A stretch of DNA of 64,000 nt from Lytechinus pictus. Taxonomy: Eukaryota. A program made the position numbers and the translations under genes. The notes under the pieces are model-generated. The model was not told the DNA's origin, ran no database searches, and saw only the letters and a program-made list of their open reading frames with translations. The stretch lies in assembly GCF_037042905.1 (NCBI RefSeq), contig NC_087250.1, positions 14,324,001 to 14,388,000 on the forward strand, in the 5' to 3' direction. This document shows positions 12,590 through 25,279 of the stretch, one piece after another. The number at the start of each line of letters is the position of its first letter. The stretch's first letter is position 1.

Positions 12590-13240
12590 TTGCTTGAAAT
12601 TTTTCCCCTTTTTCTTTCTTTTCTATCCTTCTTTCTGTCATTCCTGCTTGCCTTTTATTTTGTTCCATCTTTAATTCCAATTTTTCCTAGCTTTCTTTCC
12701 AGATCCTTTCTCTCTCTTTCATTTTTCTTTAATTCTTTCCTTCTTTCTCTTACTTTCCTTTTTTAAATTTCCTTTTCTATTTCCTTCATTCTTTCTTTCC
12801 TTAAAGTTTTGTTTCCTCCTCCCTTCATCTACTTTTCCTTCTTTATCTCCTTCCACTTTTTTCTTTCTTTTCTCATCTTTTCCTCCCTCTCTTTCATCCT
12901 TTCTTTCATTCTTTTTCTTTTCCCCCCTTCTAATTCTTTTCCCTTTTTCTTTCTTTCCCTTCCTTCCTCCCTTTCTTCGTTTCTTTCAAAGAATGAAGGA
13001 CATATTTTTATTCCCTTCATTCTTTCTTTTTTCCTCCTTTTCTTTCATTTTTCCTTTCTTTCCTTAATTCTCTCTTTCACACAATTATTCATCTTCCCTT
13101 CCTTTCTTTCTGTATTCATTTCCAAGAATGACAGAAACTTTTTTTCTTTCTTAATTCATCCTTTTAAAAATTTTATTCTAACTTTCATTAATTTATTTTT
13201 ACATTTTTTCGTTCACTTTCTTTCACTGCATTTTCTCCTT
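12590..13240. repeat. CT-rich low-complexity tract
   Basis: Near-pure pyrimidine plus strand. Confidence 0.9.
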
Positions 13241-13835
13241 CATACACAAAAATATGCCTAAAATTCAAGTTTTCGGGCGCTCTGGTGAATACAAAAATTA
13301 ATCGCAAGTTACTAATGAAAAATAAATTGCAACTGTATGAAAATTAGTATTTCTTGGCACAAAAGTGATATTTTAATGATTTTTTTTAAAGTGTGTGCTG
13401 TGTACAGCATTGGCATACCATAGTCCTACCACTCATTCAATGAACAAGGTTATGATATAACCTTGTTCTCAGTTATATCTCCATGTGTGGCAAAATAAGG
13501 ATGGCAATGTTTGGCTTATTTTCTCTTTTTCTTTGGGATAAATGCTTGATTTTTTTACACTGACAGTTTCCATTACACCTATTTATCATACAACTTGGCC
13601 CTGAAGTAAATTTGATTCTTTGAATTATTTTATTTTTAATTAAAAATAGAGATTAAAAAATGAAAATTTTCTTGCCATATTATTTTCCACCAATAGAGGG
13701 CGTACACAAATATATGCCCAAAATTAAGTTTTTTAGCGCTCTAGTGAATACAAAAATTATTCCCAAGTTACTAATGTAAAATAAATTGCAACTGTACGGA
13801 AATTAGTAATTTTGGTCACAAAAGTGATATTTTAA

Positions 13836-16212
13836 CAGGGTGCGACATAAGTGCTTGCCCGATTGCCTGGGGCAAGTAAAAGTTAGAGTCGGGCAAGTGT
13901 TTTGAAGCAAAGACAAAAACTGATTGCCCAAATCGGGCAAGCAAAATTCTCCTATGGAAATTATATTTTAGAAAGATTCCCCATATTTCACCATCAAAAT
14001 ATAGAAAAGAAAAAGAGACAAAACAAGCAATATCATTAACTTCTTCTTTCAAAAAAGTTTATAAGTCATGATTCGAATTGCAAAACTTGCGCCATTTTCT
14101 GCAATAAACACACAGCTCAGAGACGTAAACACACACACAGAGAATCAATGGCAGTCTACAGCATACCGAGCTAGCTAGCACCTAGTCCACGCAGCCGATG
14201 GTTTCTATGGTTTCTATGGTGCTGCACGAACGAAGTTTGCTCTGGAAGAAATCTCCCACAGAACTGTCAAAATTCAAATTTCTTACCAATGAAAATTCTT
14301 GTAATGTCCATATTTCCTAAAAATTGGGGTATCTCTGTCATTTGTAAGCAGTAAAAGGAGAAATTGTCACTTCTGTTATGCTTCAAAAAGATCGGGTTTC
14401 GAATGATCGTCTGTATCGCACACACTGTAATACACTGTTTGACAGTCCCACATATGCATTTGTGTGTATGTTGATAAACGTGGTTTCTTTCGTAACTTTT
14501 TTTTTTTTCGCCAAGGAAATTGATAAATTCTTCTTTACTTATGACTGGATAGTTTGAGCTTTCTTCCTCTATATTTTCTTTCTTTCTGCCTATCTTTCCT
14601 TCTTTTCTTTTCAATCTTTCCTTCTTTTGAATCTCTCTTTTGAAATTTCCTTCCTTCTTTTGTTCATTTTTTCTGTTACTATAGCTGTCTTTCTTTTTGT
14701 CATTCTTTTCTTTCTATCTTTTTTTTTCTTTCTTCCTTCCATCTAACCTTTGTTTACCTTTTTCTTTAGTCCTTCCTTCTTTTTCCCTTTCCTTTCATTC
14801 TTTCTTACTGTCTTCCTTCCGTCCATCCATTCTTTACCTTTTCTTCCTGTCTTTTTTTCTTCCTTATACTTTCTTCATCCCTTTAATTCATTCTTTCTTT
14901 TCTTTCTTTATTTCTATTTCCTTCATTCCTTCTTTATTTCTGTCTTTCGTTAATTCTTTTGATCTTTCTTTTTTCCATCCATCCTTTCTTTTCTTCCTTA
15001 TTTTTTCTTTCTGCCTTCCTTCATCTCTTTCCTTCATTCCTTCCTTCATTTCTTTCTATCTTTCTTTTCTTTCTTTTTTCCTTCCTTCCATCTGTCCTTA
15101 TACCTTTTCTTTCTTTCTTTCTTCCTTCTTTCCTTTCTCTCGTTTTCTTTCTTTCTCTTTTCCTTCCTTCCATCAATCCTTTACCTTTCCTTTTTCTTTC
15201 TTCCTTTTTACCTTTTTTCTTTTTTTATTCGTTCCTTTCTTTCCTTTCTCTTCCCCTCAGTTTTTTTTTCTCTCTATTTTTTTCTTTCTTTCTTTTTTCT
15301 TTCATTCCTTCTTTCTTTCTTTCTTTCTGATTTTCTTATTTTTGTCTTTCGTTCTTTTGATCTTTCTTTTTTTCCATCCATCCATCCTTTCTTTTCTTCC
15401 TTATTTTTTCTTTCTGCCTTCCTTCATTTCTTTCTGTCTTTCGTTCTATCTTTCTTTTCTTTTTTCTTGTTTTTCCTTCCTTCCATCTATCTTTATACCT
15501 TTTCTTTCTTCCTTCTTTCCTTTCTCTCGTTTTCTTTCTTTCCCTTTTCCTTCCTTCCATCAATCCTTTACCTTTTCTTTCTTCCTTTCTTTCTTTTTCT
15601 TTTTTATTTGTTCCTTTCTTTCTCTTCCCCTCAGTTTTTTAATATTTTTTCTTTCTTTCTTTCCATCCTTCTTTCTTTCCATCTTTCTCTTCCCCGCAGC
15701 CATTCTCTTTCTTTTTTTCTTTTTTTCTTTCTTCAGCCTCTATTTCTTCGTCCTTTCTGTCTTTCTTCTAATTTGTTTTCTTTCATTGTCTCCCCCTCTC
15801 AATTTCTTTTTTTTTTCTTTGGTTATTTTCAGTGATTTCCCTTTTTTGTATTGTGTGCCCTAGTGCCTAGTCCCCTCCAAAATATATGGAAAATATATGA
15901 GATTAGGAAATTAATTAAAGAGCATATTGACCATATATTTTGTCATGATGTTTAAGATAACAATCATTAAAAAAAAGAAATACAACTACAAGATACATCA
16001 GTAGTCATGTTGAAATATGTCTTTTTAAAGCCGTCAATGCAATGGTATGGTATGTAAAACCATTAGGCTATAACTTGTTTTGAAGCAATAAAACTTTGTT
16101 TTGAAGGATTTTTCGGGCAAGTGAAATCTATATTCGGGCAAGTATTTTCCAACTTTTTTAAAATCTACTTGCCCGACTGGGCAAGTGCTTAAAAAAGTTA
16201 TGTAGCACCCTG
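13836..16212. mobile_element. Non-autonomous DNA transposon with CAGGG...CCCTG (hAT-like) ends and an internal CT-rich tract (~14560-15860)
   Basis: TIR cagggtgcgacataa / ttatgtagcaccctg and subterminal gggcaag motifs. The host repeat resumes at 16534 with TTTAA duplicated (only 5 bp visible). Confidence 0.75.
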
Positions 16213-16530
16213 GGGCCAATTGCACGAAAGGGTCTTTCCAAGGACCGTCTTTCGTGTCGCCCATCTTTTATGATGCGCTATAAGCGGGGTGTTTCTGAAA
16301 TTTATGATAAACAAATCAAATTCGTAAGCTTGCTTTTAAATCAAATTTTATACAAATTACAATTTCATGAGATATCAGATCATTTTATAAACAAATGTTT
16401 TGTTTATTTTAACGGACAAATAAAATATATTTGCAGATAATTTATTTGAAATGCGTTTCACATGGCGTATCATAAAAGATGGGCGACACGAAAGACGGTC
16501 CTTGGAAAGACCCTTTCGTGCAATCGGCCC
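16213..16530. mobile_element. Harbinger-like MITE; near-identical truncated copy at ~61187-61471
   Basis: About 60-bp TIRs gggccaattgcacgaaagggtctttccaaggaccgtctttcgtgtcgccc, with a 3-bp TSD CTG. Confidence 0.88.
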
Positions 16531-16679
16531 CTGTTTAATCATTTTTTAAAGTGTGTGCTCTGTACAGCATTGCATTTGGCATGCCATAGTCCAGCCTGTA
16601 GATTCCCCACAGGCAGGGTGGTTGCAGTGAACAAGTGAGTCCTACCTGTACTATAGATTCCCCACAGGCAGGATATGAA

Positions 16680-18695
16680 CCCGGGGGGGGGGGGGGGGGG
16701 GGGGCACTCGACCAAAAAAGTGGTTGGGGTGTACGTGCCTCGGGCGAGGCAAAAAACGGGGTCCTTGGAGCGGGCTTATTGTAAAAAGGAGGGTCCTCGG
16801 AACGGGCTTCGGAACTACAAATGTTTGTGAAAACGGGGGTCCTCGGAACGGATTTCCGTATCTCTGTGAGTGCGTATGCAACCGTGCATGACGCAGCTAG
16901 CGCGGCCTCCGCGGGTGCGCTCGTGCTTAGGCGATGGTCGAAAAGGGCTCTACGGCCGCTTTTCACCAAAATTGTAGCAGATCAATGCGACCGGAACGGC
17001 GTAACGAAAAATATGCGAAGCTTTGGAGCGGATTTCTTTCTTCTTTTTTCTCGATAAGCATGATAAATTGATACATGTGATAAGATTAAGAAGGAAATGC
17101 TATGCCTTACTTAGAGCGGCTTTCTTTGTTCTTTTTCTCAATAAGACAAAAATGCTATGCCTTGGAACGGAAATTTGAGTGTAAAAATAGGGGTCCCCTC
17201 CACGGCACATACCCACTAGGCACTAGCACTATGCATTATATACTGAGTGCCCCCCCCCCCCCCCCCCGGCCGCGAATTTTTTTTCCGCACTCGGCATAGC
17301 AAATACTCCATGTGTGCATGTGCGTGGACTTCAATGCTCGCCGGTCTCTGCCATAGAAAATGTACGCATATGTACACTATGAATGTACTACTTCAACACG
17401 ATGGCTCAATAGTCTTCAAGCGCAGACTCTGATTGAACAGTTCGACAAAATTGTGTCGGGAGGAGCTGAGCGCGCCAGATATTCTTGTCTATGTAGTTTT
17501 ATGATCGCGATTCACCAGACCTTTTTTTAAAGTGTTAATTTTATTTATATATGTAGAAAAAGGTTATCCGTGTGTGAACGCATTTCTGTGTTGGAGATAG
17601 TTCTCACTACTCGCTTTTGAACTTCTATTTAATTGCAATTTAGCTGAATTACCCCAAGCTAGAACACCATAGTTCAGATAAGGTAAAACTTATGTTGAAT
17701 ATAACATGTGAAGTATTGAGGCATACACAACAGTTGGTTGGGAGCCAGAAGGGCATTCATTGTGTTTTTAAAGGAGCTAATGGCCTTCTGGCTCAAAGTA
17801 GACCATGTAAAACAAATACTAGCTAATACAGAGTGACGGAGAGAGTGGGCGCATATTGGAGGAGACACCCGGGGGGGCCACTTCCATTCACGAGTGGATA
17901 CCATGCGCGACCATGGGGTCTCGAAAAGCACCCTAAACACGTAATTTCCATATTCTGAAAATGCACCCCTTAACAAGTATTGGCGCGTGAAACCCTACCC
18001 TTAACAAAAATTGGAAACAAAACGATACTCTTGGCAAATATTCCCTGAAATGAACCCCTAAACAAGTACAGGAATGTTTTATTGTTACGGGTCCTTCGGT
18101 CGTCGGCTTTACCTTATTTGGTTTAGTACGACCCCACTTTCTACACCTCGCGCAAATCGGACTCTAAACACGAAGTGTTGGGGCAAAATGGACATCCTTT
18201 ATAAAACATTTTAATTTTGTTTTATCAATATCATTCCCGCAAATTCGACCCTAAACACGTAATTTTCCTAGCGAAATAGACACCCTTTTTTCATTATTTT
18301 TGTGTTTTTGACACCCTTATCACGTTACGTACGTAACGTGCCCTTTCGTGAAAAGGACATCCTTTTTACGTGTTTTTTTGGTCGCGCATGGTATCCACTC
18401 GTCAATGTAAGTGGCCCCCCCGGGAGGAGACAGTACCAGTACCATAGGGTCTGAATGCTAAAACTACACAGACACGAACATCTGGCGCACTACCGACACT
18501 ACATACAATTTTATCGAACTGTTCAATTAGAGTCTGCGCGTGAAGACTATTGAGCCATCGTGTTGAAGTAGTACATTCATATTGTACATATGCGTACATT
18601 TTCTATGGCAGAGACCGGCGAGCAAGTCCACGCACATGCGCATATGGAGTATTTGCTATGCCGAGTGCGGAAAAAAAATTCGCCCCCCGGCCGGG
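16680..18695. mobile_element. Composite of CCCGG-ended elements (16680-17269, plus ~17265-18695 with ~230-bp inverted repeats)
   Basis: 8-bp TSD GATATGAA at 16672-16679. The second copy is split by a later insertion (18696-18701 + 24926-24927). Confidence 0.7.
17868..18424. mobile_element. CCCGGG-ended MITE nested in the composite
   Basis: TIR cccgggggggccactt / aagtggcccccccggg. 8-bp TSD AGGAGACA at 17860-17867 and 18425-18432. Confidence 0.88.
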
Positions 18696-20525
18696 GATAT
18701 GGGGCCTGTTGCATGACGAGATGAGCGATACGTAGGAACGTCCTAGGACCATTCTTCCGAGATAGGAAGATTGGCGACAAATCAGCGCTTTCCGTTTCAC
18801 GAAGGCAATCTTGTCTTCCAAGTCCGCGACATCGTTTGATATCGATAGTATCGGAAAAATATTTAGTCTTCATCGTCACCTGAACCTTTTATTTCTGAAT
18901 GACGACTTTACATAAAATCCGATATTTCAATAGTAGGAGATCAAAGAATGTTTTATTTATTACTGATAGTAGAATTGATGTATGGAGCTTACTTTATGAG
19001 GTTAAAAGAGAAAAAACTTTAAAGATTCACAAACATAACTAAATAAAATCGAAATTTTCATTATTTCCCTTATTTAGAACACGGTGTCTTTTTAGAGACA
19101 CCTTTTATTGATATTTCAACGAAAGAGACCCTTGTCCGACATAAAAATTGATTTAAATAAGTAATTTCGACATTTATTAGTTCAATATTCTGTATTTTTA
19201 TAGAATACTTGTATATAATGATAATTTTGCAAATTATGCGTTAATATGTTATTTGTTGAGGTAAATATAGGGTTTGAATGGAGTAAACAAAATCAACAGT
19301 GTCTGACTGTATGAGACTAAAAAGGAAATTATGAGAGGCTGCGTGTGAAAAATCTAATTTATTTATTTTATTTGTCAGATATAACGCAAGAAATACAAAT
19401 GTGAGTATTTAGAGTATAAACATACCTCAGTTGCATGATGAGTAACAGAAGAAAATGAAAATATGAAAATTGCTGCAAACATGTCCAAGTGGACAAAGTA
19501 GTACTTTGCAATAATAATTAAAACATAGAAAAAGGTGTGAATCAATCTGCAATGGAAAACTGATACTTTTACAGAAATAATGCTAAATATGACAACGATC
19601 ATAAACGCTGGTCATATTTAAAGATGATCACTTAATTTATGGAAGTTTATATAAGAAAATAACATAAAAAATATATATGTTCAACATTTCATTCAAAGTT
19701 AAGGAGTATAGAGACTATATGCTATGACATAAGGGCCGAAAGGGGCCTACCCTAAGATTTAAAGTGCGCCTCTTCGTATGGACTTTCCATAATCTTTTCT
19801 TTAATGAACTTATCTTCATTTGTAATGATTGTGATGGATTCGTAAGCTATAGGCTTAATCATTATCTTAAATTCAATATTAGCTGCAGGTTTTTTGTTTT
19901 GTTTCACTGTTTTAAATCCAACAATTAATTTTCATTGATTAAGATAAATTTCAGCAAAAAAAAATAATTATAATGAAAATAAAATAAAAATAAATAAATG
20001 ATTTAGCATGTTTAACATCTTAGTTTTGTTTGTCTTGTTTTTTTTTGCTGAATGTTATTGAACACGTTTTTTACCTTACATAATTTCTTTTAAAGAAATT
20101 TGTTGTTTATCTATAATGAGAAAGCATGAGGGGTCGGCTAAAGAGATATAGTGCCACCCATTTTAAGTATTTCAAGTTTATTTTTTTAATAGAAAAGGGG
20201 TGGGGATAAGACGGAGGGAGAATAGAAGAAAACATATTAAAAAAAATATTTGGCCCTATACATTACCCCCGGGAATAATACATGTACCCCGGAGAAGTTA
20301 AAATGACATCCGTTTTTGGTCGTCCTGCCGTGCAAAAAGACGACCTGAAATTGATGACAACTAGCCCCCATATAAAAAATAACTTGGCGCCATCCCAGAT
20401 CAAATGCATCAGAGTGCAACCAAAAAAATGTTTAGAGGTGATATGCCAGTGTGGCTTGCCGTAAATGCATTTTCTCTCAATACCGACGGTGGCGGGCGGT
20501 GTGCAAAGAAGATCATGCCTACGTA

Positions 20526-23500
20526 CACAGTGAGCCAGACTGGTTTGGGTGATTAGCCGTTTTTTCGCCGTTTTTTCTCTCTTTTTTCTCCCTTTTTCCC
20601 AACAGGAAACGGCTAGAAAAGGGCTAGAAAACGGCCAAAAAACGGCGACAAAAAAAGTGTACCGACTATGGAAAGCCAACTGTATGCAACAATGATTTTC
20701 ATCAGAATAAAATAGTGAATACCTCCCTTCGAGAAAACGGCTAATAAAGGGCGTATATACCTCCATTGTGCGAAACGGCTACAAAACGGCTAATAAATGG
20801 CGAATACCTTCCTTGTGGAAAACGGCTACAAAACGGCTAATAAAGGGCGAATACCTCCCATGTGGAAAACGGCTACAAAATCATTCCTTCGTCAACAACA
20901 CAAATAAGTGACTGCATGGCATTGTTATAAAGCTCACAGTTTTTTTTCACTATATAATGATAATTATAACGACGTAATACTCATTGAATATGCTATTCAG
21001 TAACATATTACCTAACATATTAAAAAGTATACAGCTTGTAAACATAAAAAATAATTGATTAAAAATTAAAGCAATTATTAGAGATGATTCAAAACAATAA
21101 AATTATAGTTACATATAGAGGTCTACATGACAGTCACTTGAGTAAAGCTATAACCTCGCGACTTAAATCTTTTCTCGATTTTGTTTTTCTAATGAAAGAT
21201 CTATTGAGTACTTTATTTTGTCCCATTAAACGCTATATGTGCCTGGATAATTTATTGAGTTAGTTACAATTGATTCATTGTACATGTTATGCCGATTCGT
21301 CTAAAGCCACGTGGGTTTTATTACCAAAATTGTCTAGCGTCATTTTGATAACCAGCTTGTGCAAAATAGTTAACTATAACGCTCATTCATAATCACTGTA
21401 TCATATGTGTTTTATTGAATTAACAAAGGTATTAATGAAATCACGATATATACATGCATATTGTAATCAGAACAATAGAGACAAATCAAACACAAATATC
21501 AGAAAAAAACAAAACAAAGATAATATAATATAATATGCATCTTATCCATATTCTTAAAAAGAAAATTTCCTCTTTTTTTATAAATTTACACACAAAATAT
21601 GTTTATTAAGAAAAAAAATAATTATGTTATCGTCATCATCATCACCGCCATCAAAATCATTACCACCACCATCATTCTTGTCCTCTTCTTCCTCTTCATC
21701 CCCCTTCATTATCACCACTATCATTATTTACATCACAAATACCACTATCATCCTCGATTATCATTCCGTTTTCACAAACGCTGACTACCATAGGTCCGTG
21801 ATAGGACAATGGTGGTTTGGGGATTCATCCGGGTTGAAGAAACACAACGAGAGATCACAAGAGATCATTGCGTAACTTAAGTTGAAACAGATTCTTCCTA
21901 TTGTTAGGTGTTCACTGCAATCTTCACACCTTCATTCACACCTTCCATTGTTCACAAAACGTGCGAGACGGTGTAATTAATTGACCCCATTGAAGTCGCA
22001 ACAGCTATAATAGGGCATTCACTCCAAAGCTTCTGTTTACATTTTTAGAGTTATCTTTCCTAAATAAAACGAAGTAGCTCAAGTGCATTGGGGTCTTTAA
22101 CACTATAAAACACAGTTTTGACCAATATACCAACGATATCGAACCAGCTCATGTCATCATGGAGGCTGATGTATCCTCCCCCAAGAATTAAAGTATATCG
22201 AAGTGGTTTGTTGGATACTACTTACATGACCAATGGCCCAGTCACATTTCCTTACGGCGGGTCGAAAACATCCGTTAAGACTTTTTTGTACCACCTACAC
22301 ATTAATAAAACGGCTGTTTTCGACTCACCGCGTACGCCGCGGTAGGGGAAATGTGACTGCAGCATCAGGAACACGAAAAGTGCCTTTCTGCATATTATCA
22401 TGCGAGTATTTGAATTAACATAAAATAGCAAAATACCAAGTGGGAGGCAAGTGCATACCGGGGGTGAAGTTTTTAGGAGGGGTCAGTGTCTTCGTAGATG
22501 AAAGGACAGAAAGCACAATAGAGAACCACTGGAGAAAGATGCAACATTCAAAATTCTGAACCAAATTCATAAATGTAATATTTATTATGGGATGTGATTT
22601 ACAGTGCCCTTTAAGTATAATAAACGGATGAAATAAATTGTTAAGTATGTGGGAATTAATATTGCTGCCCTTATTTGCCTTTTTGTTTCTAACGACATTG
22701 ATTTGGTCAATGTCATCAGTAACTCATCGTACACTTAACTTGCGAGGGTATGGCTATATAAATTTGTACAAAATACCCCCACTTACATGCGCGAATCCAG
22801 GGGGGGGGCACAGGGGACACGTGCCCCCCTAAAGGACAATTAAAATTTGTAAAGTAATACATTTGTAATACATTTTAAAGTCATTGGCAGTGCGGACCGT
22901 GACCCGGAGGAGACAAAGCATTGGAGGGGCACTGTATTGTTTGTGAACAATGCAGTGCCCCTCCAATGCTTTGTCTCCTCCGGGTCACGGTCCGACACTG
23001 GTCATTGGTATCAGAGAATAATCCATTAACCCTATCTAGGCCGCCCCTCTCCCCCCTTCAACAATTGGTGCAATATTTTCGCCGCTCGCTAAATTTTTAC
23101 TTTCAAGTCTTGCGCAACATTATGTAAGTGCATGTCAGACCAAAAATTGCTAAAAATGTGATTTCGTGTACAAAGTCAATGCAAATTGTGTTTTCAACAA
23201 AAAAACATAAATGTATGATTATTTTTAGTTTTGCTGGTCTAGATGTAATGCTGTTTATGATCTCAGAAGAGTCCCAAACAAATTTAATTGAAAAAATAAT
23301 GAAAAACAAAAAGTAAAAAACAAAAGAAATACATACGAAATTGCAAAAAACAATAAGACATATTTTTTATCTGATATTGCAATTTTGTTCATGTAGACAA
23401 AGAGTTCTTATACCAAAAATTAGAACATTCTGAGCTTTTTAAAGGGAGTTAGAGGAAAAAGTATGATTTTGCATACTAATTACGCATGAATTAGCATAAT

Positions 23501-24789
23501 TACTTAATAGCGATTTGCATGAAACAAATTACGATACAATTTTGTAGATTACGTCCCTGACAACCTGCGTGCCAATATTCGGCGCAAGAAATTGTGCATT
23601 TTTTAGTAAATAGGGCAAATTTAAGCTCTTTAACTATACATTCGACTTTGAATGATTTATTGTTCTCCATCATAAGAGACCACAAATAGTAGAGGGGGAT
23701 TTGATATTATGCCCCCCTTTCCAAAAAGTGAGGGACGCGTCCTCCTCGGGTTCCCGCCCATGAAGAAGGGAAAATAAGAGTAAAGAATAAAGTATTCAAA
23801 GAAGTTTCAATCCAATTCAATTAAATTTTATTTTCATCTGATTGACATTTTATCAAATTCCACATGAAATATAAAAAATGTTGAAATAAAACAATGAATG
23901 TAGTAGGCCTATACAATATGTAAATAAGATTTATGAAAGAAGGCGTAACCCCCATCCCCCCCTGAAAGTAAAATAACATTTTTTTTTACATGAATGAAAT
24001 GAGAATTATTATTAATTACCCATGAAAACTAGAGCTTATTTCAAAAAGGAGTTCTTAAGAAAATCTTTAAGTTTATATTGCAAATATATATTTTACGTTT
24101 TCTAGTCGCTTTTTCTCAATGCATATCACACATTTTCACATTTTTTTGCCATTTTATGCAATGCACTTCTCACTCATTCGCCATTTCGTCTTAGTTTTCT
24201 CGCCCCTTTTCTCTGATTTATGCAATGCACTTCGTACTACCCATTCGCCTTTTTTTTCTAACCTTTTTTTTCTGTTTCATGCTCTCACCTCTTACTACTC
24301 ATCTTCCCTTTTCTCTCCGTTGTCCCGCCATTTTCTCTCCGTTTCATGCACTGCACACCTTACTACCCATTCGCCCTTTTGTCTCCGTTTTCTCGCCCTT
24401 TTCTCTCTGTTTTATGCAACGCGCGCCTTACTACCCATTCGCCCTTTTGTCTCCGTTTTCTCTCCGTTTATTAGCCGTTTTCTTTCAGTATCTTCACTCC
24501 TCTAACAGGATCCTCGTCCTTAACATTCGCCGTTTTCTCGCCGTTTTCATGGGGAAATCAATAGCTCCGCTTATATTGAACAATGATGGCACTCCATAAT
24601 AATTCAAGGTTTACGTAGGAAACCTAATGTAGCCGTTTTTTGGCCGTTTTTTCTCCAAAAATTCTCCCTTTCTTCGCCCTTTTCTAGCCGTTTTCAAAAC
24701 GGCGAAAAAACTGCAACTTTGAATTTCCCATAGGTTATAACACACAAAACGGCGAAAAAAGGGCGAAAAAACTGCAGTGGCTCACTGTG
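20526..24789. mobile_element. CACTA/CMC-like non-autonomous element
   Basis: Perfect 12-bp TIR cacagtgagcca / tggctcactgtg, 3-bp TSD GTA, and many subterminal aaaacggc / gccgtttt motifs at both ends. Confidence 0.8.
22888..23000. mobile_element. 113-bp hairpin MITE (hAT-like)
   Basis: Almost perfect palindrome with CAGTG...CACTG ends and an 8-bp TSD GTCATTGG. Confidence 0.9.
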
Positions 24790-24962
24790 GTAGGACATGT
24801 CTGGAGGTGTCTTTCCAAGGACCATTCTTCGTATCGCCCAAATCGGCTTTGTGAAACAGTTGAGCGATATCTCGTTCTTACGTAGAATGGTTCTACGAAA
24901 GACCCTTTCATGCAACAGGCCCATGAACCCTTGAATGCAGTTCTAACTTAGTCTATACCTAC

Positions 24963-25107
24963 CAACTTTGTTCATCATCTCATAGTTTTCTTTGACGTTC
25001 TTGATACAAATTCTTTCATAACTGCTGAACTTTGCCCATTCCGTGGCTGTGAAGTAAACCTGGACGTCTAAAAGATACTGATTCATCTCTGGCAAAGTCA
25101 AAGACAT
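24963..25107 (-). CDS. First recognisable coding exon of a PRDM9/SSX-type ancestral KRAB-domain gene
   Basis: Translates MSLTLPEMNQYLLDVQVYFTATEWAKFSSYERICIKNVKENYEMMNKVG, matching the aKRAB pattern D-x-x-x-YF-(T/S)-x-x-EW...E...NVK-x-NY...G. It ends at a phase-1 donor G|gtaggt at 24962. The ATG at 25107 is assumed to be the start. Confidence 0.88.
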
Positions 25108-25279
25108 GATGTGGTGTAGATGGTGGTGGCTTGCTGCAAACTGAAGGCACAAATAGCTTTCCATAATCCATTACCGTATTTTTAACAATACAAACTTGAA
25201 AAAAAAAATTTACTGCTTCTGGACGTGACTGAACAGTCCAGCGCTGACGAATAAACAGCAGTGATGACTGGTGACTTAA

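Larger units (their letters stand above)
18702..24922. mobile_element. Harbinger-like non-autonomous element, expanded by nested insertions
   Basis: 15-bp TIR gggcctgttgcatga / tcatgcaacaggccc with a 3-bp TSD ATG. Confidence 0.82.

Noticed and set aside
12566..15863. Long F/S/L-rich and K/R/E-rich ORFs (e.g. 388 aa at 14697-15863)
   Set aside because: They are artefacts of pyrimidine-rich low-complexity DNA that lacks stop codons.
21790..21875. GQWWFGDSSG resembling the Harbinger transposase GDSGY motif
   Set aside because: The match is too short and no other DDE motifs were recognisable nearby.
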